DNA from: the human T2T-CHM13v2.0 reference genome, Homo sapiens
Reading direction: 5' to 3' (one strand)
Length of the DNA stretch: 64,000 nucleotides
Assembly (NCBI RefSeq): GCF_009914755.1
Contig: NC_060927.1
Shown: positions 1-13,173 of the stretch, piece after piece
Layout: every line of letters begins with the position of its first letter
Position numbering within the stretch: the stretch's first letter is position 1
The notes under the pieces: model-generated
The model's database searches: none
What the model saw: the letters and a program-made list of their open reading frames with translations, nothing else
Told to the model about the DNA's origin: nothing
Program-made: the position numbers and the translations under genes

Positions 1-773
1 ATAGCTAGATTTAAAATGCAGAATATGCCATTTGAAATTCCTTGCCAATAGTAAATTCAATGGTAGTTCGAAACTGCTTTCATTCCAGTTTCATTCCATA
101 GGTTGTTGTTTCAACAACCTATGAAATGTAAAGTACAGCATGTATCAGGAAATCTAACTGTTGGACTAATAAGAGTGATAAAAGCTATGAGAAAAGTGAC
201 ATGAAGCTAGTTCAATCATTGAGTTCCATGTTTTTTGTAAATGATCCTAGACCTGTACATTTTCTTATTTTTCTAAGTACCTTGGAATTATTTGTTGATT
301 AATTTCTTTGAAAGGCTGACTTTTTAATATCCCAAATTAGATTCATTTCATGAAACTTTCTCTGTGTTTAGTATGTATCTGTTACTGTTGCATTTGCTGA
401 AGTTAGAAGATACAAATATATACTAGTATACACCATAAAGAATATGACATGATAAAATTTCAAAATGTCCTAGGGAAGAGATCAATAGGCAACATTAAAT
501 ATAAGCAGTTCATTTAAAGAAGAGGCAATGTCTTTCTTTAGGTATGTATTTTAGAATTTCTGGAAATTGTTCTGATGGAATGCTTATACTAAGTGCTTAA
601 TGAATGATTGTTAACTTAATTCTTGCTGTTCTTCCTACAAATAAGATCCCTGAAAGATAATATTAGTTCCACTATTGGCATTGGCATTTTAAATATGATA
701 AACCAATGTGTTGATTCCTGAGAATTTTTCTACTGAAGCTCAAAAGTTGTAATTTTTTTACTCTGAAATAATT

Positions 774-907
774 TTAGACTTTCATTAATGCTGAAAATAT
801 GGCACTATTTTTTCTTGAACCGTTTGGGACTGCTTCTGATACGATGTTCCATCTCCCATGAATACTTTCATATGATTTCCTACACAGGAATATATTCTTA
901 TCTGTAT
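774..907 (-). pseudogene. Candidate terminal exon of a putative decayed minus-strand gene
   Basis: Acceptor ttttcttattttaatggttgccttacag|ATACAG. The phase-1 frame is open for 43 codons (TDKNIFLCRKSYESIHGRWNIVSEAVPNGSRKNSAIFSALMKV*) to TAA at 776-774. No homolog recognised. Confidence 0.2.
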
Positions 908-1019
908 CTGTAAGGCAACCATTAAAATAAGAAAATTAACGGTAATACATGCTACCATATGATCTTCAGAACCTATACAAATTTCTTCAATTTTTGAAAA
1001 TATTTTTTAACATCTATAG

Positions 1020-2290
1020 GCTGTAACTCAGGATCATGCATTCTATTTTGTTGCATATGTCCTTCTTTTCCTTCAATCTGTAACAGTAACCCAGTCGTTC
1101 TTTTTGATGTTTATGACTGCAGCACTTTTGAAGATTGAAGGCCGATTATTTTAAAGAATGCGCCTTGATTTTGGTTCATTTAATATTTTATTAGATAAGT
1201 TTATGCATATTTACCAGAAATATGTCAGAAGCACTGCTGTATTCTTCTCATTGCTTCTGGTCAGGTGATACATGATTTTCATTTGGTTCATTATTGATGA
1301 TGCTAAATTAACTCACCTTAATTCAGATACTGCTTGATAACTTGATTATACAGCTTATTTTCTTCTCTTTGTCAGAAAATAACTTTAAATATTTTGATTG
1401 AGGTATAATTTACATACATACTATAAAATTTACCTATTTTAAATGTATAATTCAATGATTTTAAAGAAATTTACAGGATTTTGAAACCATTACCACAGTC
1501 CACTTTGAAAGTATTTCCTTCACTCCCTTAACAGATCTATATGGTTATTTAGAGTCAATTTCTATTTTCACTCCCAGCCTGAGGTAACCAGGCATCATTT
1601 TTTCTCCTAAAGTTTTGCCTTTCTAGACATTTTATATAAATGGACTCATATAAGATGTAGCTTTTTGTGGGAAAGTACTTTAAGACTTGTAAATATCCTA
1701 TTGTTCATAAAACTTTCCCTCACAGTTTTAAGGACTTGCTGATAATTAATGCTTAAATTCATTCATATTAGGATGCTTACTGAGTGATGATTTTCTAATC
1801 CAATACCTTACATAGTTCTTAGCATTCTGCTGTAAAGAAAAAGCTTTACTTCTGTCCATTTCTTCATCTATTCTTGTGTCTTTATCATTATAGACTCATG
1901 GATTTGTCTTTTATTTAATGAGTTATGATTTGTTACTGTCATTATTTATCATGCTTCTATTTGCTGCTATTTGTCCAGTGGGAGCCCCTTCAAACTGGCT
2001 TCCATATTCTTTACACCCAGATAATCATTCTTTGAACACTTATTTATGAATAATAAGATATCTCAGACTTATCTTGTATTTTTCTCTGAAGTCCTGGAAT
2101 TTTTTCTTGGTTCCTCTTGGAGGACACTGGTAGTTAGAAACAAAGATCTGGAAACTATGTTTGCTCATTGCTGCTTTTGAGTGTCATTTTCCCCAGGCTC
2201 TCAGTGATCAGAGATAAGAAATAATATATATGCATATCATACATGTTAACTATGCATCTATGTATTTATTATACATATATATCTATCTAT
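1020..2290 (-). mobile_element. Old L1MC-type 3' end fragment (continues ~2650-2900)
   Basis: Degenerate L1MC 3'UTR motifs (gcacttttgaaga...tattttaaagaatg; gtgggaaagtactttaagact; agtgggagccccttcaaactggcttc). Confidence 0.6.
1385..1670 (-). mobile_element. L1MB-type 3' end nested in the L1MC fragment
   Basis: ttgaggtataatttacatac...tttaaatgtataattcaatgatt...tctagacattttatataaatggactcata, typical of an L1MB 3' end read in reverse. Confidence 0.55.
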
Positions 2291-2296
2291 ATAAAC

Positions 2297-2649
2297 TTGA
2301 CTTTGTTTGGGCTGCTACAACATAATATCTTAGATTGGGCAATTTATAAACAACAGAAATGTTTTTCTCAACGTTCTGGAGCCTGGAAAGTCCAAGATTA
2401 AGGCACCAGTAGATTCAGTGTCTGATAAGGTCTCTCTGCTTCAAAGATGGTGCGATGTTGCTGTTTTCCTCAGACCGCAGAAGGGCAAGGGAGCTCACTT
2501 CAACCTGTTTTGCAACGGCACTAAATCCCATTAATAAAAGCAGAACCCTCATGATGTAATTATTTCCTAAGCAACCCTATCACTTAATACCACCATAATG
2601 GGGATTAGGTTCCAACATTAATTTTGGGGTTTCACATTCATAATAACAA
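2297..2649 (-). mobile_element. MaLR solo LTR (MSTD/MLT1A-like)
   Basis: gggctgctacaaca...aaacaacagaaat...ttctggagcctggaaagtccaagat...gcttcaaagatgg...ggcactaaatccca. Confidence 0.8.
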
Positions 2650-2761
2650 TGTTGAAAACCATGCATGTACATTCGTACCTCTCATTCTAACCCAGTATCA
2701 CAGGATTCATTCTAGTCTTTATCCCTAATTGTACTATCTTTCTCTAATAGTTAAAAACAAA

Positions 2762-2799
2762 TACACAGACACACAGACACATACACACACACACACACA
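2762..2799. repeat. Imperfect (CA)n microsatellite
   Basis: tacacagacacacagacacatacacacacacacacaca. Confidence 0.9.
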
Positions 2800-3448
2800 C
2801 CCTCTCATTATGCTCACTAAATATACTTGCTTGACAGATTGTGTGTATGTAACCAATTTCTTGTTGCTCATGACACCCTCTTCTCTAGCCTTTTCTCACT
2901 GTGGACATACGTCTCACATTCCTTGATGCCCAGCCCTTCATTTTAGATTGAATATATCCTCCCACTTCCCTCACAGATGCCTGTTGCACCAGCTCAGTCT
3001 CTGACATCTTTCAGCAGTTTAGTGCTACTTCCATACGCCAGTATGGATGCCTACTTCATCCCTCTCGTGCTCCAACATGCTCTAAGGTTTTAGGGCCACC
3101 ACTTGTGACTCTACACCTCTCCCTCTCCCTGTAAACAGGTGTTCTGTCTGTGAAGGCTCTGATACTTTGTGCCACCATCATGTATTTTCAATAACCAACT
3201 CCAAGTGTACTTGGAAAAAAAAACTTTGTATAATTTTTTTCCTCAGACTAGTCTCCTTTCCAGTATTTTTCCTGCAGTATTAATATTTTAGTATTCACTC
3301 AGAGTCAACATCTACATTTTATCAACCTTTTCTTCTCTATTTCTTCTTCCTATTCACACATTCTACATTCTCAAACTTTTTCCTCCAAAAGTTTTTCTTC
3401 CCCTCCATTGTCACTGTCCTGTTGTTCAACACTTTTGTAAATCCATAC

Positions 3449-3952
3449 CTATATTACTACAAATGATATATTAATGCTTATAATTGTTTTCCCCCCTAAA
3501 ATCATATATATTGACACAAGATTGAGATTCAGGACAATACTTTTATTTTGTTTCTCTCTGGCTAAACTCATTTTTCTCTTGCATTCTGGTTCACCTTTCC
3601 AGGTGTATTTATTTTCTATAATAATTCTACATTTCTTAAACACGTCAGAAGAATTTCCTCACTTGTCATTGCTTGTATTTTTCACCCACATTTTCATTCA
3701 TTTCTTGGATTCATTTTATATCCAAGAAATTGATATAAAATTACATATATGGGTACATCAAATCTTGCCCACTAAGTTTTACATTTCTGTTCTCAATGCC
3801 AGATATTCTTGCTTTGTCATATTTTTTGGTGAGTATATGACTGAGTTTTGTTTCTCCAACCACATAAGGAAAATACAACTCAGCTTTCAGTTATTTCAGC
3901 TGCAGCATCTTGCATGGGGTCGTGTACAGAATGGACAGTAAATGATTGTATA
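3449..3952 (-). pseudogene. Candidate 504-nt decayed internal exon
   Basis: Acceptor tgtttttctatttatttttag|TATAC and donor ATAG|gtatgg. Length is a multiple of 3. Purine-rich and coding-like but every frame has stops. Not recognisable as a repeat. Confidence 0.3.
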
Positions 3953-4589
3953 CTAAAAATAAATAGAAAAACACTAAGCTATTCCAACAGAATTTGCAAC
4001 GAAGTAGTCAATTATAGCTGATGAGAGTCAAGGGTGCTTATGCTGTTTCATTTTTTTCTTTAAAACATTTTAAATTCTACTTGCCTAAAAAGTGACCAAA
4101 TTGAAGTTTATATTCCATTTTTGTGGCTGATTTCTTATTTTAAAATACTCTCTTAAATTGTGTTAAGCAGTTTCTATTTGTATTCAATGTCACCTCTGTG
4201 TGGAGTCAAGAACAGAAAGTAAATAGTAATAAATGCAGTAAATGAAGTAGTTACCTTGGGAACAATGCATCTGACCATTTCAATTATAAAGAGCCATCTA
4301 GAATACAACAACCAAATAGAATCACAATACATAGTGAAAAATGTATTCTTATTATTGTATGTCTGTCCTATGTATTTATGTTTTTAATTTCCTGACAGTT
4401 TGTATTTTATTCCTATGTACAATTCAGTTCAATTTTATATTTACAGATAAATTAGATCTAAAATTCTTCTTCAAACCTGAATCATCTTGATACAGGAAAA
4501 TATTATTTACACTGAGAAACCAATGGACTTAAAAATTATTTACTATTGTCTCTCATAACCAATGCTTGAAATTGTCTATTAAACATTTA

Positions 4590-5440
4590 TTAATATTAAA
4601 TTTGTAAGCATGTTGTACTGTAATTTTAATCTGCATTTCTTTCACTAGTGAATTTCAGCATTTTTTCTTTGTATTTGTTGGCCAATTACATTTTTCTTTG
4701 CATAAACTTACTTTTCATATTCTTGTCACAAGTTTTAATATTGAAACTCAAGTTTTTATGTTATTACTAGTTTGTAGTAATATCTTGGCATTTCAGAGAT
4801 TAATCCTATGTCCATTTTAAATGTGGAAGATATCATCTCCCAGTTTTTCATCTGTCATAGGTTTCTGTGGTTTTCAAATGAAATTCTTAATTTTATGTAT
4901 TAAAATGTATTGATATTTTTCCCTACAGTTTGAAGTGTTTGAGCTTTGTTTAACAAATTTTATCTACGTTATGGTCATGAGACCATGGCCATGAGACTCC
5001 TACATTTTCTTCTATTAGCTTTAATATTCATATTTTAGTTTATAGTCTACCTGAAATTTATATATGGTATGTATTAGTTATCCAACTTGATTTTTGTATG
5101 TATCATTAGAAGGTTTTCCTCTCTAAATTCAGTACACAGTCCATCTGTCTCATTTATAGTATCGACTTCACCAAATGGCACTTTTCCACCTCACTAGAGA
5201 CTGGACCTTGAGCTATGTTTTCTGTTTATTTGCAAGTACTACCTTGTTTTCTTTCCTTTTAAAACTTGGCATACCCCAATTTTTAAAATCCAAGTGTGTA
5301 GGTTAAAGTATTTAGCAAAATATTTTGTCTAATTCAACCAAATTTAATAAATCTTTAGAAATTCTTAGAAAAATCACATTTCTAATGTGGATACTTGATG
5401 CCCTATTAATATGGATTGCACACAATTTGAATGTAAAGTA
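4590..5440 (-). mobile_element. Very old L1M ORF2 3' fragment
   Basis: Degenerate L1 antisense motifs (ttttaatctgcatttct, tcctacattttcttcta, tttatatatggtatg). Confidence 0.5.
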
Positions 5441-5868
5441 AAAATATGTAGTTTTGATACAATTCACATCTAGTATTCTATAAATGGCATTTAAATTATC
5501 CTCTAATTAAATTTCCATATGTTAAAATAAAGTATATCTTTAAGATTTTAATATCTAAAGAATATCTAAAATAAAAATAATAATATTTAAAATAAAAAAA
5601 CTAAAAAAAATCTAAAGAGCTACCAATAATAATAATAATTTAATAATTCAATAATGCATAATTAAATAAACATGGGTTCTCTTTTCTAAATGTAAATAAA
5701 ATATTTGATAGTGGCATTTTTTAAATCAAGACTTTTATTTTCAACAGAATAAATATTCCCTTCCAAAAGCAAAAGGCCAAAGATGAATAAAAAAAGTCAT
5801 CAGTTTCTTCTGGAATCTGCAAGAACCAGGTTAGTTTTTTTATGAGAAGTGGCCACTTTGCAAGATGC

Positions 5869-8800
5869 TTTTTTTTTAATTTATTTATTTTACTTCAAGT
5901 TCCAGGATACAAGTACCGAATGTGTAGGTTGGTTACTTAGGTATACATGTGCCGTGGTAGTTTGCTGCACTTATCAATCCATCATCTAGGTTTTAGGCCC
6001 CATATGCATTAGCTATTTATCCTAATGCTCTTCCTCCTCTCGCTCTCCACGAACTGACTTGCCCTGGTGTGTGTTGTTCCCCTCCCCGTGGCCATGTGTT
6101 CTCATTGTTTCACTCCCACTTATGAATGAGAATATGTGGTGTTTGGTTTTCTGTTCCTGTGTTAGTTTGCTAAGGATGATGGCTTCCAGCTTCACCCACG
6201 TCACTGTAAATAACAAGAACTCATTCCATTTTATGGCTGCATAGTACTCCATGGTGTATATGTACCACATTTTCTTTATGTAGTTTATCATCGATGGACA
6301 TTTGGGTTGGTTCCATGCCTTTGCTATTGTAAATTGTGCTGCAATAAACATACGTGTGCACCTGTCTTTATAGTAGAATGATTTATATTCCTTTGGGTAT
6401 AAACCCAGTAATAAGATTGCTGGGTCAAATGGTATTTCCAGTTCTAGATCCTTGAGGAATCACCACACTGCTTTCCACAATGGTTGAACTAATTTACATT
6501 CCCACCAACAGTGTAAAAATGGTCCTATTTCTCCACAGCCTCGCCGGCATCTATTGTTTCTTGACTTTTTAATAATCACCGTAGTAACTGGTGTGAGATG
6601 GTATCTCATTGTGGTTTTGATTTGCATTTCTCTAATGATCAGTGATGATGAGGGTTTTTTTTTCATGTTTTTCGGCCACATAAATGTCTTCTTTTGAGAA
6701 GTGTCTGTTCGTATGCTTTGCCCACCTTTTGATAGTTTTTTTTTTGTTTTTTTCTTAAACTCCTTTAAGTTTCTTGTAGATTCTGGATAATAGACCTTCG
6801 TCAGATGGGTAGATTGCAAAAAATTTCCCCCATTCTATAGGTTGCCTGTTGACTCTGATGATAGTTCCTTTTGCTGTGCAGAAGCTCATTAGTTTAATTA
6901 GATCCCATTTGTCAATTCTGGCTTTTGTTGAAATTGCTTTTGGCATTTTTGTCACAAAGTGTTTGCCTGTGCCTATGTCCTGAATGGTACTGCCTAGGTT
7001 TTCTTCTGAGGTTTTTATGGTTTGGGGTTTTACATTTAAGTCTTTAATCCAACTTGAGTTAATTTTTGTAAGGAAGGGGTCCAGTTTCAGTTTTCTGCAT
7101 ATGGCTAGCCAGTTTTCCCAGCACCATTTATTAAATAGGGAATCCTTTCCCCATTGCTTGTTTTTGTTTGGTTTGTTGAAGTCTGTTTTGTCAGAGACTA
7201 GGATTGCAACTTCTCCTTTTTATTTCTTTTCATTTGCTTTGTAAATATTCCTCCATCCTTTTATTTTGAGCCTATGTGTATCTTTGCATGTGAGACCCAT
7301 CAGATGCAGCACACTAATGGGTCTTGACTCTTTGTCTAATTTTCCAGTCTGTGTCTTTTAATAAGGCCATTTAGCCCACTTACATTTAAGATTAATATTT
7401 TTATGTGCGAATTTGATCCTGTCATCATGATGTTACCTGGTTATTTTACACACTAGTTGGTGCAGTTTCTTCATAGTGTCATTGGTCTTTATATTTTGGT
7501 GTTTTTTGTGCAGTGGCTGGTATCAGCTTTTTCTTTCCATATTTAGTGCTTCCTTCAGGAGCCCTTGTAAGACAGGCCTGGTAGTGATGAAATCCCTCAG
7601 CATTTGCTTGTCTGGAAAGGATTTTATTTTCTCCTTTGCTCATGAATCTGAGTTTTGCTGGATATGAAATTCTGGGTTGAAAATTCTTTTCTTCAAGAAT
7701 GTTGAATATTGGCCCCCACCTCTCCTCTGGCTTGTAGGGTTTCTGCTGAGAGGTCTGCTCTTAGTCTGATGGGCTTCCCTTCATAGGTGACCTGGCCTTT
7801 CTCTCTGGCTTCCTTTAACAGTTTTTGTTTTGTTTTGTTTTTTTCATGTCAACCTTGGAGAATCTGATGATTCTGTGTTTGGGAGTTGATCTTTTCATGC
7901 AGTATCTTAGTGATGATCTCTGTATTTACTTAATTTGTATGTTGGGCTGTCTTGCTAGGTTGGGGAAGTTCTCCCAGATAATATCCTGAAGTGTGTTTTT
8001 CTACTTGGTTCCATTCTCTCCATCTTTTTCAGGTACTCTAACCAATAGCAGGTTCAATCTTTTTACATAGTCCCATGTTTCTCGTAGGCTTTGTTTGTTC
8101 CTTTTTATTCTTTTTTCTCTAATCTTGTCTGCATGACTTAATTCAGCAATGTGGTCTTCAATCTCTGATATCCTTTATTCTGCTTTGTCAATTTGGCTAT
8201 TGATACTTATGTATGGTTCGCAAAGTTTTTGTGCTGTGTTTTTCATCTCCATCAGCTCATTTATGTTCCCCTCCAAACTTGTTATTCTATTTAGCAGCTC
8301 CTATAACCTTTCATCAAGGTTCTTAGCTCTTTTGCATTGGGTTAGAACATGTTCCTTTAGCTCAGCAGAGTTTGTTATTACCCACCTTCTGAAGCCTACT
8401 TCTGTCAATTCGTCCATCTCATCTTATGTCCAGTTCTGTGCACTTGCTGAAGAGGTATTATGATCATTTGCAGGAGAAGAGGCACTCTGGCCTTTTGAGT
8501 TTCCAGCGTTTTTCATTGATTCTTTCTCATCTTCATGAGTTTGTCTCCTGTCCCTTGTCAAGGATTGATATCCTTGAGGTGCTGACCCTTGGATGGGGTT
8601 TTCGTGGGGAATTTTTTTGTTGTTGATGCTGTTGTTTCTGTTTATTTGTTTTTCTTGCAATGGTCATGTCCCTCTTCTGTAGGGGTGCTGTGGTTTTCTG
8701 GGGTTCTATTCAGGCCCTATTCATCTGGTTCACTCCTGTGCCTGGAGATGTCACATGAGGAGGCTGCAGAACAGAAAAGATGGGTGCCTGCTCCTTCCTC

Positions 8801-9873
8801 TGGGATCTCTGACCTCAAGAAGCACCCAACTGATACCACTAAAATTGCTCCTGTATAGGCTGTCTGACAACTCGTTGGAGGGTCTCACCCAGTTGGGTGG
8901 CATGGGGAGTAGGATGCATTTAATGAAGTATTTTGACTGTCCCTTGGTGGAGGGGGTATGCTTTGGTGGAGGAAAAACTCACTCATCTGTGCTGCCTGGA
9001 TTCCTCAGAACAGGAGGAATGACTAAGTCTGCTGGTCTGTGGAGACTGTGGCCACCCCTGCCCCTAGGGGTTCAGGCCCAGGGAGATCAGAGTTCTGTCC
9101 CTGAGCCTCTGGCTGGAGTTGTTGAAGTTCCTGCAGGGAGGCCCCACCCAGTGAGAAGGGATGGGTCAGTGTCAGGCCTGAAGAGGAGCTCTGTCTGTAG
9201 TCTGCCACAGCCTGTGTGTTGGGCTGTGAGGGCGATAACTCTTGGGACCAAGCAGTCCAGCGTCCCTGGATCCAGCAGGGGAAAAGCACAGCCTGGAGCT
9301 ATAAAGATGGATGCTGCCCTTCTCTTGCCCTGGGAGCTTAGTACTTTAGGCAGCTATCAGTCCCAGTGTTGGCTGTCATCCCTTCTGCAAGGAACTCAAA
9401 CAGCATAGACAGCAGGCAGTGGCAGCTGTGGTGCTGGTTACCCCTCCCGCCAGGAGCTCCACAGGCTTAAGCAGTTTCTAGCTTAATGGCTGTTGAGAAT
9501 CTGCGCAGCTCCGTAGTTGAGACCCTAGACCTCAGTGGCATGGGCTCACAAGTGGGATCTTCCGATCCATGGATTGCACTGTTGTGTAGAAAAAGCACAT
9601 TTTCCCAGGCTGGGAAGCATGCTCACTCACTGCCTTCCTTGGCTGCACGGTGGGTCTCCCCTACCCACTGTGGCTCTCAGGTGGGCCGCCACACCACACT
9701 GGCCTTCCTTCCTCCTCTTGGGTCACACCAGCCATCTAGTCAGTTCTTATGAGAGCCTTGTGGCCACCTAGATACCTTGGTTGGCAGGGCAGGATTTGCA
9801 TACTATTACAGTTCTTTTCAATGGGAGCCTCTGACCACCACTGCTTCTAGTCGGCCATCTTGGCCCCACCCCC
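5869..9873 (-). mobile_element. L1PA8-L1PA10-class LINE-1 with intact 5' end and ~2.5 kb internal ORF2 deletion
   Basis: Poly(T) tail at 5869. ORF2 C-terminal peptides in the ORF track (MFIAAQFTIAKAWNQPKCPS; IREMQIKTTMRYHLTPV). ORF2 ATG at 7425, ORF1 remnant ~7490-8560, GC-rich 5'UTR ending GGGGGTGGGGCCAAGATGGCCGACTAGAAGC at 9873. Deletion junction at 7179-7181. Confidence 0.95.
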
Positions 9874-10589
9874 GATACTGTCATTTGCTACCTCTTGTAC
9901 AGTTCAATCAAGTTTATTTCCCTAACATGTTGTTACATTCAATATTTTGATTATCTTTATCAGAATAAGGGATCACAGTGAATGTTTTTGATTATCATCG
10001 TAATAGAGAATCACTGCGCCAATAGATTTCATGTGTACTAGTCAAGTATTTTGTAAAATGGCCCTTATCTAGAATTTTTCTGATGTTTTTCTCTGATTAG
10101 ACTAAGGTTGTGAGTTTGGAGAGGAAGATCAAAGGAGTAAACTGACATTTTCATTATACCATATAAAAAGCACATATATTAACATCATAGTTACTGTTAA
10201 TTTTAGCTATATTGCCTAGCTGAAGTAGTCTTTGTCAGGTTTCTTCACTGTGGAGTTTTAGTCTGTCATCATTTTATTCTGTAATCTTTGGAGGGTGTCA
10301 CTATGCATAGCCCGCAGTTAAGGAATGGGGAATTAGGTTTCATCTTAAGGTCCAAGTGTCTACAAAAATAATTTGAAATTCATCACTGGCAGCTTTTTTT
10401 TTTTATTTTCTCCTATTCTGCAATTATTAACAATCATTTATTTATATAAGTGTTAACTTGTGGGTATTTGTGGTATTCTTTGAGTTTTAAAACAGTACTA
10501 AGTTATTTATTTTGTTGCTCAAATCACTTCAGCTTTAGCTGTTGGAAGTTCTTTAGCTCTTGTGTCACTTGGACCTATCCCTTTCATTT

Positions 10590-10642
10590 TGTGTGTGTGT
10601 GTGTGTGTGTATGTGCATGTGCACGTGCATGTGCATGCATAT
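10590..10642. repeat. 53-bp alternating purine-pyrimidine tract ((TG)n plus GCAT/GCAC units)
   Basis: tgtgtgtg...atgtgcatgtgcacgtgcatgtgcatgcatat. Confidence 0.85.
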
Positions 10643-13173
10643 TTGTTCAGTATTTTCTTACCTTCTGATACTGTGACATGCTTCAGGTTCATTTGTATAT
10701 TCCCAAGACCAGTGCTAAAATCAGCCATTTCTCTAAGATGCCTTCATTTCTTTGATTGAAGAATGGCGTTGAAAACCAAGATCTAAGGGCTCTATGTGCT
10801 ATCGATAGTGAAGTGTCTTTGCTGCTACGCCGGTTCAGCTGACAGATGTGAAAAAAAAAGTGTATGCTAATCCATGTAAATATATAGATATCTGTAAGTA
10901 TTACACTATATATTCATCTGTGTCTAAATTAGTCTAAATATGAGTTCATTTTGATGTCTCCACCTCCAATTTAGTACCATATCTATCATTCTTACATTCT
11001 TTTCCTGGGTGTATGTAACCTCAAACTCCAACAGTAATAAATCTGCTTCCCAACATTAGCAAACTATTTACTAAATATCCAATTACTATATTATTAATTT
11101 AATTACGTATAGTGGTTTCAAAATTGATAATCCTTTTCTTTGTGGGAAACAACATATTCCACTTGAAGACAGGACATATGGTGCCTTTAGACTTACAGAT
11201 TCCACTAATATCCAAAGCACCATTTATCCAGCTCCCTTGAGCATAGTTGTTTCATACATTTGTAATAGTGTCAGACTGACTTGTCATATTCCGTATTCTA
11301 TTCTTGGAGCCTTCTATGTCCTAAAGTGATTTATTTTTAATTTGCATGCAATAAGTTCACACTTTGTGTTGTAAAGTTCTATGGGTTTTGACAAATGCGT
11401 AGTGTTATATCTCCACCACAACAAGATTAGAATAATTTCATCAGTTTAAAAAATCCTGTGTGCGTGACATCTTCAAACTTCCTCCTCCCAATCCCTGACA
11501 ATCACTGATCTTTTACCATCTCTATAACTTTGTTATTCTAGAATGCTATATAAAAGGAATTACATAGTATTACGCAGTAGACTTTCAGACTGGTTTTCAC
11601 CTAACAGTATGTATTGAAATTTAATGTTTTGTGTAACTTAATAGGTCATTCCTTTATATTGCTGAATATTATTTCATTTTATGTATGTAGTGCAATGTAT
11701 CAGCTCACCTACTGAAAGACATCATAGTTGTTTCCAGTTTTTGGCCATTGTGAATAAAGTGTTATAGCTTTCACATGCAGATTTTTGTGAGAACATAAAT
11801 TTTAAATCAAAGAACTTAAGAATATGATTGTTGGCTCTTACAGTAAGACTTCAATTGTTGCTTAAGATACTGAAAAACTGCTTTTCAAAATTACTGTACT
11901 AATTTGTATTCATACAAGCAATAATTGAAAGTTTCTGTTGTTTCATATTCTTTCAATAATTGGAATTTTCAGCTATGTGTATTTTCAAAAGTGGTGTCTT
12001 ATTATTTCAATACACATTTTCATAATGAAAAATAATAATGAACATATTTTTATAAGCTTGGTTGCCACCTACATTTCGTTTTTTTTGATATGGTGTATGT
12101 TGAGATCTTTTGTCAATTAAATTGGATTTATTATTTCCTTATTGTTGATATTAAGACGTCTGTATATTTTGGATTCAAGTAATATCTCAGATATATAAAT
12201 TGCAAAAATGTTTTCCTATCTTATGACTTGTCCATATTTTTAACTGTATTTTGTAGAGCAAAAGTTTTTAATATTAATAAATCCAATACAATATATCTTT
12301 TTTCTTTTTCATGGATTATACTCTTGGTGTTTTATCTTAAAATAGTATTAAGTCCAGGGTCATATAGACTTTATCCTAGTTTTTACTCTAGATGTTCTGT
12401 ATTTTTGCTTTTAAAATGATGTCTTCAATCTATTTGAAATAACTTTTATATAAGGTATAAAGTCTAAGGTCTGTTTCTATGTTCTTTTTTTTTTTCCTTA
12501 GAAATGTACAGCTGTACTGACACTGTTTTTGAAAGACTGTCTGTTCTTCATTGCATTGCTTTTGCTCTGTTGTCAAATATCAGTTGGCCATATTTGTCTG
12601 GGTGTGTTTCTGGACTCTCCATTCTGTCCCAATGATCTATATCCAAATTTGGTATATACTTTCACCAACATTATGTTGTTATTATTATTGTAGTATTACA
12701 TTAAGTATTATAATAAGTATTGAAATCAGGTACTGTGAGTTCTCAAATTTTGTTCTTCTTCAATATTGTGTTAACTATTCTAAGTGTTTTATGTTTTGAC
12801 ATTAATCTTAAAATCAGCTTTTGATTATCTACAAAGTAGCTCAATGGATATTGTTTGGGGTTGCATAGATTATATAGATCAGGTTGAGAAATGATACCTC
12901 AACAATATTGTATTTTCCAATCCCTGGAAAAGAAATAATGCTTCTTCCAAACCATGGACAATGAATAATTCTTCATTTCTTTAAATCTTTTATTTGCTTC
13001 TTCAGTGCTTTTTATTTTTTTACAAAAAAAAAATCTGTGATGTTTTGTTAATCTTACCTAAGTATCTCTCTTTCTTTTTTTAGTGACATTGTAAATGGTA
13101 CTTTTAAAAATTTTCAAGTCTAGTTTTTATTGTTTGCTATAAAAAAGGAATGAGTTTTTGTATATTGACTTTA

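Noticed and set aside
3474-3941. 155-aa hydrophobic plus-strand ORF as a membrane protein
   Set aside because: The F/L/I richness follows from the T-rich strand. No recognisable family; better explained as chance or an antisense shadow.
6022-6955. ORFs with clear L1 ORF2-like peptides (also 26412-30263)
   Set aside because: These are fragments of disrupted L1 ORF1/ORF2 with stops and frameshifts, not functional CDS.
5860-9885. TSD for the 4-kb L1 (gatgct / gatact)
   Set aside because: Only 6 bp with a mismatch; too weak to call.
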